Below are positions 1 through 14,444 of a stretch of DNA of 64,000 nt, piece after piece (the stretch's first letter is position 1; each line of letters begins with the position of its first letter). The notes below the pieces were generated by a model. It searched no databases. It worked only from the letters and a program-made list of their open reading frames with translations, and was not told where the DNA came from. Source of the DNA: Antedon mediterranea. Its lineage: Eukaryota; Animalia; Echinodermata. The stretch is taken from positions 25,640,912 through 25,704,911 of the forward strand of contig NC_092675.1 in assembly GCF_964355755.1 (NCBI RefSeq), written 5' to 3'. The position numbers and the translations under genes are program-made.

Positions 1-79
1 TAATTCTGGACAAAAAAGCCTTTAAACAACACCAGACCAAAACTCTATCTTTTAAATACTATATTGTATATATTTTCAG

Positions 80-2694
80 GTACCTGTCACAGCCCAAAAT
101 ATTGCAGTGCCTGTCATAACTCATGTTACTTCGTTACAGCATCAGCAAAATGCTAATATTCTCACCACAGACAAAGCAAGAGAAATCGTCGTCCCACTGT
201 CTTCAGGTAACCCAATCAATTTAACTGAATTCATTTATTTTTAGGTTGTGCTGTTAAAAAATTTGTATTTGGGAAAATTTAAAACTATTTACTGTAGAGT
301 ATTAAGAGCAACAGCAATCTTGTGTGCATATGATAAACAATTTGTAAATATAAATTTCAGTTCAAACAAGTTTGGCAAACGACAGTGCAACATTGACAGA
401 GCTGCAACCAGCCGAGGTGTTAACCCTCCAGGCACCTGCTGTACCACAGTCCTTAGCAACAACCAAGCCTAACGAAGCTGCTAAACACCCATTACCAGGT
501 ATGTTAAGTTCTTATTGACTTCTTAAGTAACCTGTATTGGAAAATAAACTGGCAGCCTGATGTATCAGAGATCGTCAGCCGGATAGGTACTGGTGATAAA
601 CACTACACATGTCTGGCCCTTCTTTGTATAAACAATTGCATATGTTCAAAAAGAGTATGGGACTATCTCTTGTGTTCTGAAATGGTATAATGCAGATGTA
701 ATGTTATTCTTATCAATATGGAGCTTTCGAATCATGTTGCATGAAAGGACATTGGTATGACCTTCCTCCAATCGAAAGGTCCCCTAATGGGAAACCATAG
801 TTCATATAATTACTGGCAATGTAGATTTGTGCAAACTTCAGATTGAACCTTCTTGGCTAAAAACATCAAATTCACAAATTGTAATTAAACTGTAGACAGC
901 TGTTTTATAATAAAGACACCATTAATATTTTTAAAAATATTCTTTTTCATTTCCCATAGTAAGATTAATCAGTATATTATCTTATTATAAATCTGGATAT
1001 ATTTTATATTTATCGTTATTCCTTTGTTGTAATTAATTGCAGACATTAAAATATAATTTCAGAATTTGATAAGCAGTTCTTTATATATGATTATTTATAT
1101 GATTAAAATTGTAATCAAAAGATTGATTATGTGGATTGAGATTGTATCTGTTTTTTTTCTAGTTGCTACATACAAGGCTATAGCACCTCGACCAGGATTT
1201 AATGTCACACACCCATCTACCATAAACCAGACGAATGGGAATGTAGCCATTTCAAGCGCAATGCTGTCTACCACAGCAGGTAAGGAGAAAAAACATCTTT
1301 TGAATAAATATACAAATAAAGAATGTTTATGAGTTTGATTGAAAACTATTTTATGAAATTCTCTTTCAATAAATAAAAATATTCTCCTCATCCAATACAA
1401 AACCTTATTATTTGTTACTAATACACCTACTGTTCTAAAGAACAGTTTTATTGAATACACTGCTTCCATGTCTCAAAATGGATTATATATGGCAAACACT
1501 GCAGAATTCTAAAAATAAACGTGCAATATAACTATTGTATATAACTATTAAATACAAATTTTAGCATACAATAGCACATGATACAAAATTAACCAATAAT
1601 GAAACATTTAGTTTTGTTGTACTTAATAAATTACAAAAAATACCTATATCCAAATTATGCTTTCTTATGAGAAATTTATTTCCCCACCATAAAATAGCTA
1701 TCATAATATATTTTTTGTTCCAGCTGACCAATCTGCTCCTCTTCCTTCAATGAGGGTGGCATTCCCTACATCAGTAGGTAATACAGTTGAATTAACAACA
1801 GTTCCAAGTCAGTTGCAGACATCACTGGCACCGCATCAAACCTTAGTGCCACAGTCTATTACAACATCTCAAGGCATTCCGTTATCATCTCTAGGACACA
1901 CCACAGTTCCTCTACAAACAGTCACCTCATTGCCTGGTTCTGTCAGATATGCACCTGGTACAATCTCAGCTCCACAGATGGTTACCTTTCAACAACTGGC
2001 TGCCATTCAAGCTGCTCTACCACCAGGCACCATTGCAGCCCACGCAGCTACGTTGCAACCTTTGCCAACAATGCAGCAGACCTCAACGCTCTTGCAGACG
2101 GTAGTGCCTCAAAATACGATGCCTCAGACAACTACTTTTTTGCAAACAGCAGTGCCACAGAATATTGCACAACAGACATCTGCTCTTCTGCAGACAGCAT
2201 TGACACAAAGCAATGTACCAACAGGCTCTGTCACATTACCTCAACAGACTGTTCCGATTTCAGTTGCAACACAGGGAATTATGCAAGATCAGCGACAAGT
2301 TCTTCAGCAAGTTCCTTTGTCACAGCCAACAACTCTACAGCCGCAACCGGTTGCTCTGGCACAAGCACCTCAGCAGGAACAAGTTGCTACCCCAGTAGTC
2401 GCCCAATCACAAATTGTACTGCAACCACAAGTTATCACCACAGAGGTTGTTGAAGAGGTTGAAGTACAAGAGGTTATCGAAATACAAGAGGTTGTCACAA
2501 CACCAGAAGTAACGGTATCTTCCCAGCCAAACATGGAGACGAATTCAGAGCACAGTGTCACCCAATCCACCCCTCAAGAGCTTGTGACAACAGAAGCACC
2601 AGTTGTATCGATGGAAATTGAGCTGTCAGAAACAGATGCACCGATGCAAATGGTAGAGGTTGTCACATCTTCACCAACAACTACTGCATCATAA
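80..2694 (+). CDS. 3' part (last 4 exons) of a gene for a Gln/Thr/Pro/Val-rich low-complexity protein, possibly a transcriptional regulator; 5' end lies outside the window
   Basis: AG/GT-bounded exons 80-206, 361-498, 1163-1279 and 1724-2694 splice into one open frame (VPVTAQNIAVPV...VQTSLANDSATL...VATYKAIAPRPG...ADQSAPLPSMRVAFP...TTTAS*). Intron phases are consistent. No recognisable domain in this part. Confidence 0.8.
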
Positions 2695-3095
2695 CAGAGG
2701 AAGTCACATGAGTGATCATTTTACTTAATAATTCCCAAATTTTTGATAATAACTTATAAATAAAAAAAAATATTTATTTCTTTATTTTAACTAGAACTAG
2801 CTCAGAAAATTTAAATTCCTTGTAAGTGAACACCTACAATAATGTTAAAAATATATAAACGTTCTGTTAACTGTCAGTGTACATTATCTTGAAAATTTTA
2901 AAAGCAATAATTGAGAAATCAGATTTGTTCTAACAAGCGTATTAGTCAATTTATTGAAGACAGAACAAGGATGACTATCTTCATTTTACATATCTTCACA
3001 GTTTGTATTATGAAGTAATTATATAACACCAATATTAATTCTACAATACATAAAGTGTATACTTATACAAATAAATAAAATAGATTAAAATGTAA

Positions 3096-3337
3096 AGCCT
3101 GGTTTTCATCGAAATCTATGCATGCAGTCACATTGGGCTACAAAATAAAATACATTCGTTTTTTTTGTTGGAACAGTAGTTTGGTGAAGAATAACCAGTA
3201 ATGCAATGATTTGCATAATGCAGACCTATGCATAGTCAATGCTATTCTTGTTGAACGTGATAGCAATTCATACTCACATTTATGAAGCATCTCTAATGAA
3301 ATCATATTAAGAACACCAATTTTAAGAAAACCAGGCT
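3096..3337. mobile_element. Possible degenerate Harbinger/Tourist-like MITE
   Basis: 12-bp TIR AGCCTGGTTTTC / GAAAACCAGGCT with TAA on the left. The right TSD is not conserved. Termini resemble the elements at 6210 and 17696. Confidence 0.4.
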
Positions 3338-3993
3338 CTGTATTCGCTGTATATTTCGCTTGTCTTTATTCAATAAGTAATAATATATTGGTAGCCTGTA
3401 AGCATCACAATAATGTGTATATTTCTCTCGTATTTTTTAACCGTGTCAACTTTATGATAAACCTTAACTCTAATCTGTATATTTTGAATTTCTAGGTTTT
3501 AAAGGAAAAAATGGTGAAAAACACATTTCTTTAAACAAGATTTTCTTATTAAAATATTCACTCTTTGATTGTAATAAGAAATTTTTAATTTAGAAATATG
3601 TATATATCCTTCTTGGTCTTATAGTAATTACCCATATTCCTTAATAACTTTTAAACCATTTGAGTATATGCTAATTCACAGTAGGGTTGTTGATGCATAT
3701 TTCTGCTGAGCGTAGCTACATTTTGGTGTATTTTCACCAACATTTGCCAGCACTTTCTAATGGTGTTTTTTTAAGTGTAACAGGAAGAAACTGAAATAAA
3801 GTTTAATGAACATAGTTTCCTTACTTTTATATTATTTTTTAAAATAGAATATGACATTAATAATTGTATACGTATCTTTCAAATGAATGGATTTATTTTG
3901 ACCTTTTTGCTATTATACTTGTATCTTTGGTATGATTTAAATGAATGAAGTTGTTTTCTTGTTTATAATTTACATATTTATAGTCAATTTGAA

Positions 3994-4536
3994 TATACAT
4001 ACATTACTGAATTTAACGTAAATCTATGTAAATGCTGGTTACCGTTTAATTTCTAAGGAAAAAACATTATATTTTATGCATAAAATATGCTAGTATTATA
4101 GTGTTCAACATTACCGTAATGACATCAACTTAACGATAACTTTGCAAACCTTATTAACATAATATGTCAACCCTATACATACATTACTGAATTTAACTTA
4201 AATCTATGTAAATGCTGGTTACCGTTTAATATCTAAGGAAAAAACTTTATATTTTATGCATAAAATATGCTAGTATTATAGTGTTCAACATTACCGTAAT
4301 GACATCAACTTAACGATAACTTTGCAAACCTTATTAACATAATATGTCAACCCTATACATACATTACTGAATTTAACTTAAATCTATGTAAATGCTGGTT
4401 ACCGTTTAATATCTAAGGAAAAAACTTTATATTTTATGCATAAAATATGCTAGTATTATAGTGTTCAACATTACCGTAATGACATCAACTTAACGATAAC
4501 TTTGCAAACCTTATTAACATAATATGTCAACCCTAT
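3994..4536. repeat. Tandem repeat, 3 x 180 bp
   Basis: TATACATACATTACTGAATTTAAC... recurs at 3994, 4174 and 4354. Copies 2 and 3 look identical. Confidence 0.95.
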
Positions 4537-6209
4537 TCTATTTTGTGTTCAATTGTATAATATATATTTTGGTGGAGGCAATCTCAGGAGTTTCCCTTTA
4601 CATTGTCTTTCAAAATTGTTGTAAATACTTTCCCTTATCCATTTAGTGTAACTGATAAAATACCCAATTGTTTACCTTTTACAGGGTAAAATTATTATTC
4701 ACAATTAAATTATAGTTAAATTTTTACCTTTTTTTTATTCGATAAATTCAGAGAATTAAATCAATATGATTATTTTATTTGGCAAGTAGTGGTTTAAATT
4801 ATTGGTTAGTTTTTTTCTAATTATAAATGTCAATGTTACCTTAAATAATTGTTTATATTAATTTTATCAACTCAATTTTTATTTTTGCTTAAAAGAAAAT
4901 AATCTGGAATATCTTCCAGGTTATATACAAAAGCTTTGTTAAGAAAGTGCTAGCAACTTGTTATTTTAAATCTGAATGAAAACTATTATATTAATAATTA
5001 AGTGAAGATAAAAAAACCCCACATTTTAGTAAGGACTTATAAATAGAATTCATACGCAGTATTTATTATGTAGAAATCCAAATATATGGCGCCCTCTTTT
5101 CTCAACTTTCACATTGTCAAGTAAAATTGAAACACATAAACATCATACAGTATTTCAACCCTTCTAATATTTGTTTATATTACATCAAATTTAAGCGGTT
5201 TACTTGTTGTTTTTTTTAGCAACATATCCTTATAGCATACCGTAATATACCTTATTGTGTTTTACCACTTGCTTTACATTACAATTTCTGGGTAATTTTC
5301 ATTGTAAATATTATATCTAAAGTATTTTTCTTCGTGTATTTTGCCTTTTCATTTTGTAAATTCTTTTTATTAGTATTGTTGTGTTTGTCATAATTTTGTA
5401 TAATATCGGCCTACATCTTTTCTGTAGAAATGTAGTATATTTTTTTTAATCTGTTGCATTTATATAAGTAGAATACTGTATGCTGTTCATTGGATGTGGA
5501 TATTGAGTTGACTACATCCATAATCCAATGTTAATATTCTTGTAGGCCAAACATTTTTATTTCTATCTTTATGTATCCACGAAATAAAAGGCTTGCCAAA
5601 AGCATTGTTTCTTTTTTGTTGTTGTATTTTTTTAGAATTCATTTAATTTTGTATTATATGCTAGTAATTTAGAGGTAGGCCTACTCCTCTATATTGTGCA
5701 GATGATTTAAATACATTTTTCATATCATAAAAGAATAATACAAAATGACTATAGAAAAAAAACAAAGAGAAGTGAAAACGATATATTTATTCCAATTCAA
5801 TTCCTTTTTATTGAAAATAGATACTGAATATAAAATGAAAACATTGTTACACATTATTACTGTTTTCTGAAAACGAGATTCTCAATAAACCGTTTCATGT
5901 GATCCGATCCGGTCATCAAAGCTATCATCTATCATTGTAATCAAGATTACCACCAACAATACCTCAATGACACATAAAGACAAAACCAAACAATGAAAGA
6001 AATTTGGTTTTACAAATTACTTCGATTAAAAAATGAATGGTTTTTTTTTCGTAATCTGTGCATAAAAGTCCCTAGGAAATAAACAAACTTGATAAAATAC
6101 ATATTTGTTTGTAAATATTTGTCCATAATATCTGTCTCTGTTGACACTACAATAAACCATGTCGTAAGATAGAAGATAAAATTTCATGAACAAAAAAAAT
6201 CACCAACAA

Positions 6210-6400
6210 AGCCTGTTTTCCTGTGGACGTTATTCGACGCTATCGTCGTTGATCGTTAACAGTTCAACGACGATCGTTTGAAAACGATCAAGTTGAAATG
6301 ATACCTTTTCTTGGAAATCATTAAAATTTCAATGTTTACGTAAAAGATTGCCGATTATTGTTAACGATAGCATCGAATAACGTCAACAGGAAAACAGGCT
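6210..6400. mobile_element. Harbinger/Tourist-like MITE about 570 bp upstream of gene A
   Basis: About 37-bp TIR AGCCTGTTTTCCTGT(G/T)GACGTTATTCGA(C/T)GCTATCGT, flanked by CAA/TAA. Confidence 0.75.
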
Positions 6401-6970
6401 TAAGAAAGTTAATTTATCATGCAGTGGTGGTGGTTGTAAGATTTTAGCAATAACTATGTGCACTTCCTCTTAACGTGTATGACCTCAGAAAAAAGATGCA
6501 GGCCTATATCAATTTCGGATAATATTCTTTGTTATTTTCATAACGAATTTGAAAATATACAATTTTAAAAACGTTACTCTCTCGGGCTCCCTACCTCCAC
6601 CCTATAAGGGCCCTACCAACCAATAAACTCTATACTTTAAAATGTTATGTGAAACAGAGTATGTTTAGTTCTACGAATATCAAGCATTTCAATAAGGCTA
6701 ATAATAATAACCGACCGAAAATGTCCAGGCCAAAACGTCCTTCTAAAACCTTTTTTTAATTTTTTTTATTTATTTCATATTTCATGATACCAAAAACAGG
6801 ACCGACGCAGCGGTAACACACACACAAAATAAATATAAATATCAAATTCTGCAATTAACAAACCTTATGCAGGACATTGTGCGTAATACTGAAGATTCCG
6901 AAAACATTACATCCTTAAATAGGAGAAATAATAAAATCCAAGGAAGGAAGGACACGATTAGTCTAACAAA

Positions 6971-9900
6971 ATGTTTTCTCCAGTATACATCGTTGTCTGG
7001 TTCTCCATGGTACTTTTGCATATTACGAGATCTCAACAATGTTCAAGCTACGATTCGTTAGAATTAGGTAAGAAAAAAAACTTCGTTTTCAACTTTGTTT
7101 ATTGTTATTAATAGAGGAAAACAATTACATATAATTGACAAAAAAATAATATTAAAAAAATATAACAAAAATAGATATAGAAATGTTTTAAATCCAAAGG
7201 CAAATTACTGAAAAAATGACAATGCTGTGGGTATCAGTGGCTGGATCTCAATGGAGATACAAAAAAAAACCGAAAAGCTAAATCAAAACGATAAAGTAAA
7301 ACAGTCAGAAAAGTTAGTTCGGGCAACACTAGCCCTTCATCAGTGCAAGTGAAGGAAATGTTTTAAATATACATGTTAAATACTTCTACAACACTTTTTT
7401 TTAAATAACACATTTCTAACGGAAGGACTAAGATTAGTTGTACCAACACATGGAAGTATATATACCTGAATTAATACGAGGTATCTTTTAGGATTATGCC
7501 CTAAATTGAATGAGGTGTTCTGTCGCTATTAAGATCAGAAATAAAAAGAAGAACATAATGACTCCAAATGAGATTGTAACACAATTATAAATCTTAACAT
7601 TTTCAAAATTAAATTTTTATTTTGATAAGTGTCCGAGTTCAAAGAGGCAAGACAAAGTTCATTGTACCACGAGAATACCGTTGCAGGAACTGCTGTTGAC
7701 GGCTCAACTATTCGTCCATGTACTCACACTAGTAAGTAATTCTAAAACAATAACTAGTACAGTAGTATTGAAATTAATATGATAAAACATCAGTAATTGA
7801 ACATTTTATCTTTGTTAAGACGGTATATTTTTTGTTTATTCTAGTTTGTTTTATTGTAACTAATGTATCATTTCAAATAGAAAACGAACAGACGCCATGG
7901 TGGTACCTGGATCTCGGAACAGAAATAGTCATATCAAAGATTGTATTATTTAACAGAGTAGTTTGTTGTGGTAAGACGATCTAATAACAATTATTTTGAT
8001 TAAGATTTGACTTACAGCCAGCTAAAATACGGTTAGCCTATTAAGACAATGCGTTTTATTCAGAATGTTTTAACCACATTCATCAGACACATAATGCCAT
8101 AATGCTTTCGAAGTTAGATATCTCGTTTAAGATCGTTGGGGGTTTAGTTAATGTGACTGATTATCCAAAAACATTCCTAATTATCATAGTGGACAGGATT
8201 GTACTCCTTCCTACTGGTAAGCAATCCACCAACGTATACCAAGACAAAGCTGCGTAGAGGAATCATTACGATGACAATGTAATTTGCCCATATATGAATA
8301 TGATGATGCCATATCGCTACCATATTTGGGCATATCACTATCATTTTGTGCACATCACACTTTTTTGTCAAACTAGTTTGATATTGTAGACAGAGCTTTA
8401 ATGACAATGTTGTTCTTATTAGCGATTAGGTTACAAGGAGCAGATGTTCGTGTTGGAAACAGTAAGGATTTGCCATTTACAGAGAATACAAGATGTGGAA
8501 CAGTAGTTACACAAAATGAAGCAGAGAATATAAACCCGATACAACGTTACTGTAACCCACCTACTGGCATTGCCGGACGGTATGTCAGCATAACTAAACC
8601 TAGAGTTGTTGGAATTCTTTCCTTATGTGAAGTAAAGGTTTACAAAGGTACGTAAACGTTAATCATTTTTAACATCTTTTCAATTAATTAAATATGTTTT
8701 AAAATGAAAGCAATTTTAAATTATATTTTTTTATGACCAATATTATCAACATTCATAAAAGTTTTTTTTTTATTATGGCTCTACACCAACTGCAAACTAC
8801 TGTATCTAGCATTGTTTTTATGTTTCTAATGACGTTTAATAAACTGTGTCAATGAATGAGGATTATTAATAGTCTCAAACAGCTATTATGTCAACAGTCT
8901 AATTAAATAATTATGTCTATAGATAGTGGAAAACCTGTAGTTCTGTGTCCAGATGATATAGAAGTAAATGTTGAAAATAATCAAACTTTACATCCGGTTA
9001 CTTGGAATCTTCCTGAAGTTTATGATAATTTGCAAACAGACCTAATGGTGACCTGCTCTCCGTCATCAGGCTTCTTATTTCACATTGGATTCACCAAAGT
9101 TACTTGTTCAGCAACTGACGCAACTGGAAACGAAGGAAACTGTTCGTTTGTTGTAAATATTGCAGGTAAAAACAAGATAACAGTATGTTTTGACTATCAA
9201 TAGTACAACAACAATTAGCATTACTGTTCTTTTTTATCCTAATAATATCAAAAATAAAGTAAATTGCATACCACAAATAACGATTAATACATGACAAATA
9301 ATGTCCTTCTTATTTGCGTCCCATATTTTGAGTGTTTAAAAACTTTATTAGGATAGAACATGTTTAAACAACCTTTTTTCAAACATCCTGAATAAATGTT
9401 ACTACTGACAGTATTTTACTATAGCATTATTCATTCAATGTATTTTACATTTATAATAATGAAAGTGGATTTTATTTGTTTATTAGATAACAAGAAACCA
9501 GACCTCGTTTGCCCTACGCATATCACAGTAAAAAGCAACATTGACCAGTACGAAAATCCAGTTACCTGGAGTGACCCAACAGTGACGGACAATTTACATA
9601 AAGGTATATCAGCAACTTGTACACCTGCATCCGGATCCATCTTTGACGTTGGTTCAACTATTGTCACGTGTTCTGCAACAGATGGTACTGGAAATGTTGG
9701 AAGCTGTTCATTTGTTGTCCATGTCATAGGTCAGACGTTTAATAGTAAGGAGTACTTTTTATTTCATGTAGAGCTATATAATTATTTGTAAGCTTACAGG
9801 ATCGAAATAGTACCTTAAACACATTCTAAAATAATGTAGGAATATTAATATCAACACAATAAAGAAAATGTATACTCTGGCGTTTCGAAGTAGGCCTACA

Positions 9901-12900
9901 TAAGGTAGTTACCTATTTCAATAATAATTAACAATTATAGGCCTATTTGAGGGAAATTGTGAACTGCGATTACGTACTAAAATACTCTAAAAAAGGAGAA
10001 TTTTTCAATTATTTGTGTATGTTTCATTTTTTATTCAACATTTATTTAGTCATCAATTACAGTACATCATAATTACAGTACAACTGAAAACAGGGATCCT
10101 GCATAAAAAACTGTAGCTTCGTTTTTTTGTAGGACCCTTTTACATAAGAACAAGTATATAGAACTTAAATAAACAAAGGTGTTGTTAATCAGCATATAGT
10201 GATAAAAAGTATTTTTTGACCTGTTTTTTTATACATTTATTTTGTTTCTTTAAGATAACCGGTTTATTACCACCATTACAAGTGAATTCTTTCCACAATT
10301 TTGGTCCATATATGGGTATAAACTGTTGACTGCAAGTTAGTCTTGTGAAGGGAATTTCGAATTCAGTTTCTGTTCTGAGGTTATGAGTAGGCCTAATACT
10401 GTCACAGTAATTAAAAATATTTAAAATGTGATAATGTGGTAATTCATTGAATTTTACGTTTGCCATAAATCCTATGACGTTTACTTTGTAAATATCATAA
10501 ACGTTTAATATTTTTAGTTTCTTAAACAGTGGCTCTGAGGCTTGTCTGGATTTAGAGAAGGTAATGCATTTTACAGCTCTCTTTTGGAGTTTTAGTATTA
10601 CTTCTAACGTGCTCTTGTATGTATTTCCCCATATTAAGTTACCATACTGAAGATGAGGTAATACTAAGGTGTTATAAAGACTAATACGGACTTTATGAGG
10701 AAAGAATTCTCTTACTTTTAAAAGTATACCAATTGCCCTAGACATTTTTTTTCTAATAAGCTGTATGTGATGTTTCCAGTTAAGATTTTCGTTTAAAATT
10801 ACACCTAGAAATGTCACATTTTCTTTTCTATGTAATAACACATTATTCATTTTTATTTTAAACTGGTTTTTGTCAAAGTTCTTTTGGTTAGTTTTAAAAA
10901 CAACGTAATTAGTTTTGCTGACATTCAGTAACAGCTTATTTGCTTTAAGCCATACGTTTATTTTTTCTAGTTCAATATTCATAGTATGGTTTAACATTGT
11001 AGGATCTCCCCTTGTTATACAAGTTGTGTCGTCAGCAAAACTAATTATATCTATTTTACTACTTGCTCGACTTATATCATTGATGTAAATTAAAAACAAA
11101 AGTGGTCCTAAAACAGAACCCTGTGGCACCCCTATATTGGTGTCTTTTAAACATGATGATCTACCGTTGGCATAAACATATTGTTTGCGGCCACTTAAAT
11201 AGTTTCTAAACCACATTAAAACGATGCCTCTTATACCATAATGCGCCAATTTGCTCAACAGAATACTGTGATCGATAATGTCAAACGCTTTTGACATATC
11301 TATAAAGGTAGTAAGTGCATATTCCTTTTTTTCAAATGCATTTAATATTCTATGGACCAAGTCGATCATAGCATGAGAAGTTGAGTGTTTGTTTCTAAAT
11401 CCATATTGATTGTTGCTTAACACTTTACATTTTGTAAGATAATTGTATAATTGATTATGGATAATCTTTTCAAAAACTTTCGAAAAAATGGGCAACAGCG
11501 ATATGTGGTACAGTTAAGAAAATAAATATATAAACCAAATATCGTCATCTTAAACGCTGATCGTCATTAGACATTGCGCGTCTCACTTGTGTTCGCCACT
11601 CAGTACGTTTTTGAGCAAGCATGTGTATAGGTCTGCATGTGAAAAGTTCTCCTTTTTTATGTTTACCATCCATGTTGTTTTTGGTCTTCCTTTTGGTCTT
11701 TCTCTGAGCCTGAGATTAACAAAATAATAAACTGCAAAAAAAAAAAATCGTGAAAACAATACAGTACAAAGATTAGATTTGCAACGCCTCTCACAAAAGT
11801 AAAATTTAAACTGAACATTTGGGGCATTGTTTTTACCTATATCAGAGCTAGTTAGTGTACCGTAGTGGGTCATACGTATATAGTAAGTGTGGTATACGTT
11901 TTATAATATCTAACATCTTAATTTAAATTGTGTTTGAAATTATAAATACGCCAGAAATGATTAGCTTTACAACATACACATTCAGAACATTTTGTGTATA
12001 AAGGGAAACTAGCGCCCCCATATGGTTATTAAGATTCTATACCAAATACAAATTTAGGCGCCCGATCGCCATTTCCCTCTATTAAAACGTTTCAGTTGCG
12101 CTCTGTTGACTCTATATGAACATTACGTTATAGTTTATATATAAAGACAAATAAACGTAATGCTTTCAAGATTTTTTAATATCTAAAAAAATATTAATTA
12201 GGCGTACAGTATCATAAATCTAATAATATGTTTAGCTAAAGTTAGAATAATAATAATATAACATTATACATACTGATTCTGTTTGTTTTTTCTAGTTAAA
12301 AACAATTTTGTTGATAACAAATCTGTGTTTATTTGTCCTGAAAACGTTACTGTGAACAGCAATATTGACCAATCAAGGGCTTCAGTGATGTGGACTGGAA
12401 CAATGACCCCTAACAATGGGAATACAATAACGTGCATACCAGCATCGGGATCGGTCTTTGAAGTTGGTTCAACTATTGTCACTTGTTCTACTAGACATAA
12501 TGATGACGTAACAAGATGTCAGTTTGTTGTTCACGTGGAAAAATTTATTTCAGGTAAGAATACAATCTTCTAATTCATGTAGTGGCTTTTCTTTGTTAGG
12601 CCTGATTACAATTAGTATTTATTTTATAATGTGTACTTTTGACATTTTACATTATAAAGTTATTATTTCTTTTTTATATTCGTGGGCTTAGATTTATTCA
12701 AACTATAAAGAACTGTAGGATGTATTAATAATTATACTTCCAGCAATTGCCTACTTTCTTAATAAATACGCTTGTTCTCTGGTTCAACCAACGATCTAGT
12801 CTAGATAAGTAGCATGACATCCCAAACATTATATATTTATTTCGGTATACATAAACATACAAACAGCAGTAGCCTGGAAACGTTTATTAACAAATATATA

Positions 12901-14444
12901 AAAGATAAAGTATCAGTGGTTTCAATATAGAATTGTCAATAGAATTTTAACAACAAAAACCTTTCTAAAAAAAATTAAGATAAAGAATTGTGATCTTTGT
13001 ACTTTTTGTAAAATTAACACTGAAACAATTCAGCATATTTTTTTATGGTTGTATCCATGCAAATACTTTTTGGGTTTTTGTTTTTTCAACAAATTAAAAG
13101 CAAATGAATAGTTGGAATTATAATTTAAAGAAAACCCTTACCAGAGAATGCATTTTATTTGGTAATGCTTACAATGCTGTAAATAATCTTGTCATTTAGG
13201 TAAAATATTTTATTTACATATCTAGATGTTCTGATATTAAACCACCAAATTTAGGACTGGTTAATTTTTTAAGTCGAATTTTAAAAATAGAAGAGTACTT
13301 ACATTCGATAAACGACAAAATAGAGTTATTTAATGAGGACTGGAACGTTAAACTTTTGATTTTATAAGTAAATAAATAGGATATACCTTTTACATATTTT
13401 GTTTGCATTTTTGCTTTGGCCTTTTAATTATTTTAATTTAATTAAATTTCTGTTTTTAAGATTTGTTCTGCCTCATGTGTCACCGCTGTGTCGGTTTTTT
13501 TTTGCATATTTATTTTTCTCTTTTGTTGGGGCAACCCACTTTTATTGCAATGATAAACAATATGGTGAAGGTTACAGTATAATATATGTCTATCTATCTA
13601 TTTATCAATGAATATTTAAGTGATATTACACAGACAGAGGTTAAAAGATTATATAAAATATTTTGATATTGTGTTGAAATCTAGATAAAACAAACATGTA
13701 TACAGAGAAAATTTATATTACAGAGCTAAAACGATATAAAGATTGATATTCAGTATTAAAAAGAGATTCGATATAATATAAATATATATATGATAAAATG
13801 GTATATTGCATTATAAGATTATGTTTTGTTTGAATACTTTTATAAAATTGTATAGTTTTACATTTTGAACATAATATTTCTTTTATTATTTATATTATAA
13901 AATAACAAACTAATAAATATTGCAAAGCTAAACCCAAACCGAAGTATGGGGATACGCCCTCGTCGCTAGCCAGGTTTATTTTAATAGTTCTAGTTTAAAT
14001 CCTGGCTAGCACGTCTCCGTCATCCCGAATAAAAAAAAAAAAAAAAAAAAATAACATGTGGGTATTTCCAAATTTTTAGAAAATTCATATAGTGGACATG
14101 TATCTACCAGCGCAAGTGTTTATAAAGCAGTAATCGCAATGTTCTGTGTAATGGTTGTTATTATGGCATCTGCGTTATTTCTGGTTGTCAGGTACAGTAA
14201 CATGTCATTTATTCCATTACGATTTAAAATAAACCTAAATATATTTGAGGTAAATATAAGGTACTATTTAAAGAAACTTATTCTACATAATTATATCTTT
14301 AAAATATTAATAGGCATGAGCTTTGTGTTTATATTTTTATTTTCATTCGTGTTTTTTAGATACTATAAATCGAAGTTAAATCATCACACAATTGGAGTCA
14401 CCAAGTTAGAAGGTGATGCGATGAGCTGGAAGATTCTGGAATAA
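6971..14444 (+). CDS. Gene A: F-type lectin (FTP) - 3xHYR - TM receptor with tail lacking the distal tyrosine, about 484 aa
   Basis: Exons 6971-7067 (signal peptide MFSPVYIVVWFSMVLLHIT); 7630-7731, 7881-7970 and 8423-8647 (FTP: AVDG, CTHT, PWWYLDLG, NRVVCCAIRL, GRYV, LSLCEVKVY); 8923-9165, 9487-9729 and 12296-12553 (HYR); 14080-14191 (TM AVIAMFCVMVVIMASALFLVV); 14360-14444 (RYYKSKLNHHTIGVTKLEGDAMSWKILE*). All introns are GT-AG and the 1455 nt read in frame. Confidence 0.88.
10020..11505 (-). mobile_element. 5'-truncated CR1/L2-group (Crack-like) non-LTR retrotransposon in a gene A intron
   Basis: ORF 10185-11495 has RT motifs QYGFR, DMSKAFD, GVPQGSVLGPLLFLIYIND and FADDT, followed by the typical C-terminus and an AATAAA-containing 3' end. 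Confidence 0.9.
11530..11715 (-). mobile_element. Short 3' fragment of an RTE-type LINE
   Basis: Translates RERPKGRPKTTWM, matching the RxxGRPxxxW C-terminal motif also seen in the RTE element at 29760-29800. Confidence 0.45.

Noticed and set aside
1750-2694. Stand-alone single-exon mucin-like gene
   Set aside because: The frame is open back to an acceptor at 1723 and joins upstream exons, and there is no signal peptide, so it is a terminal exon. Its identity cannot be assigned.
9431-9727. Recurrent minus-strand ORFs MTWTTNEQLPTFP... (also at 30494, 41228, 41575, 54938, 63566)
   Set aside because: They are antisense shadows of the HYR exons.
14080-14191. Charged TM residue marking an activating, adaptor-coupled receptor
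   Set aside because: The Lys (YKAVIA/NKAVIV) sits at the extracellular boundary rather than mid-helix, so A and D cannot be called activating from sequence.
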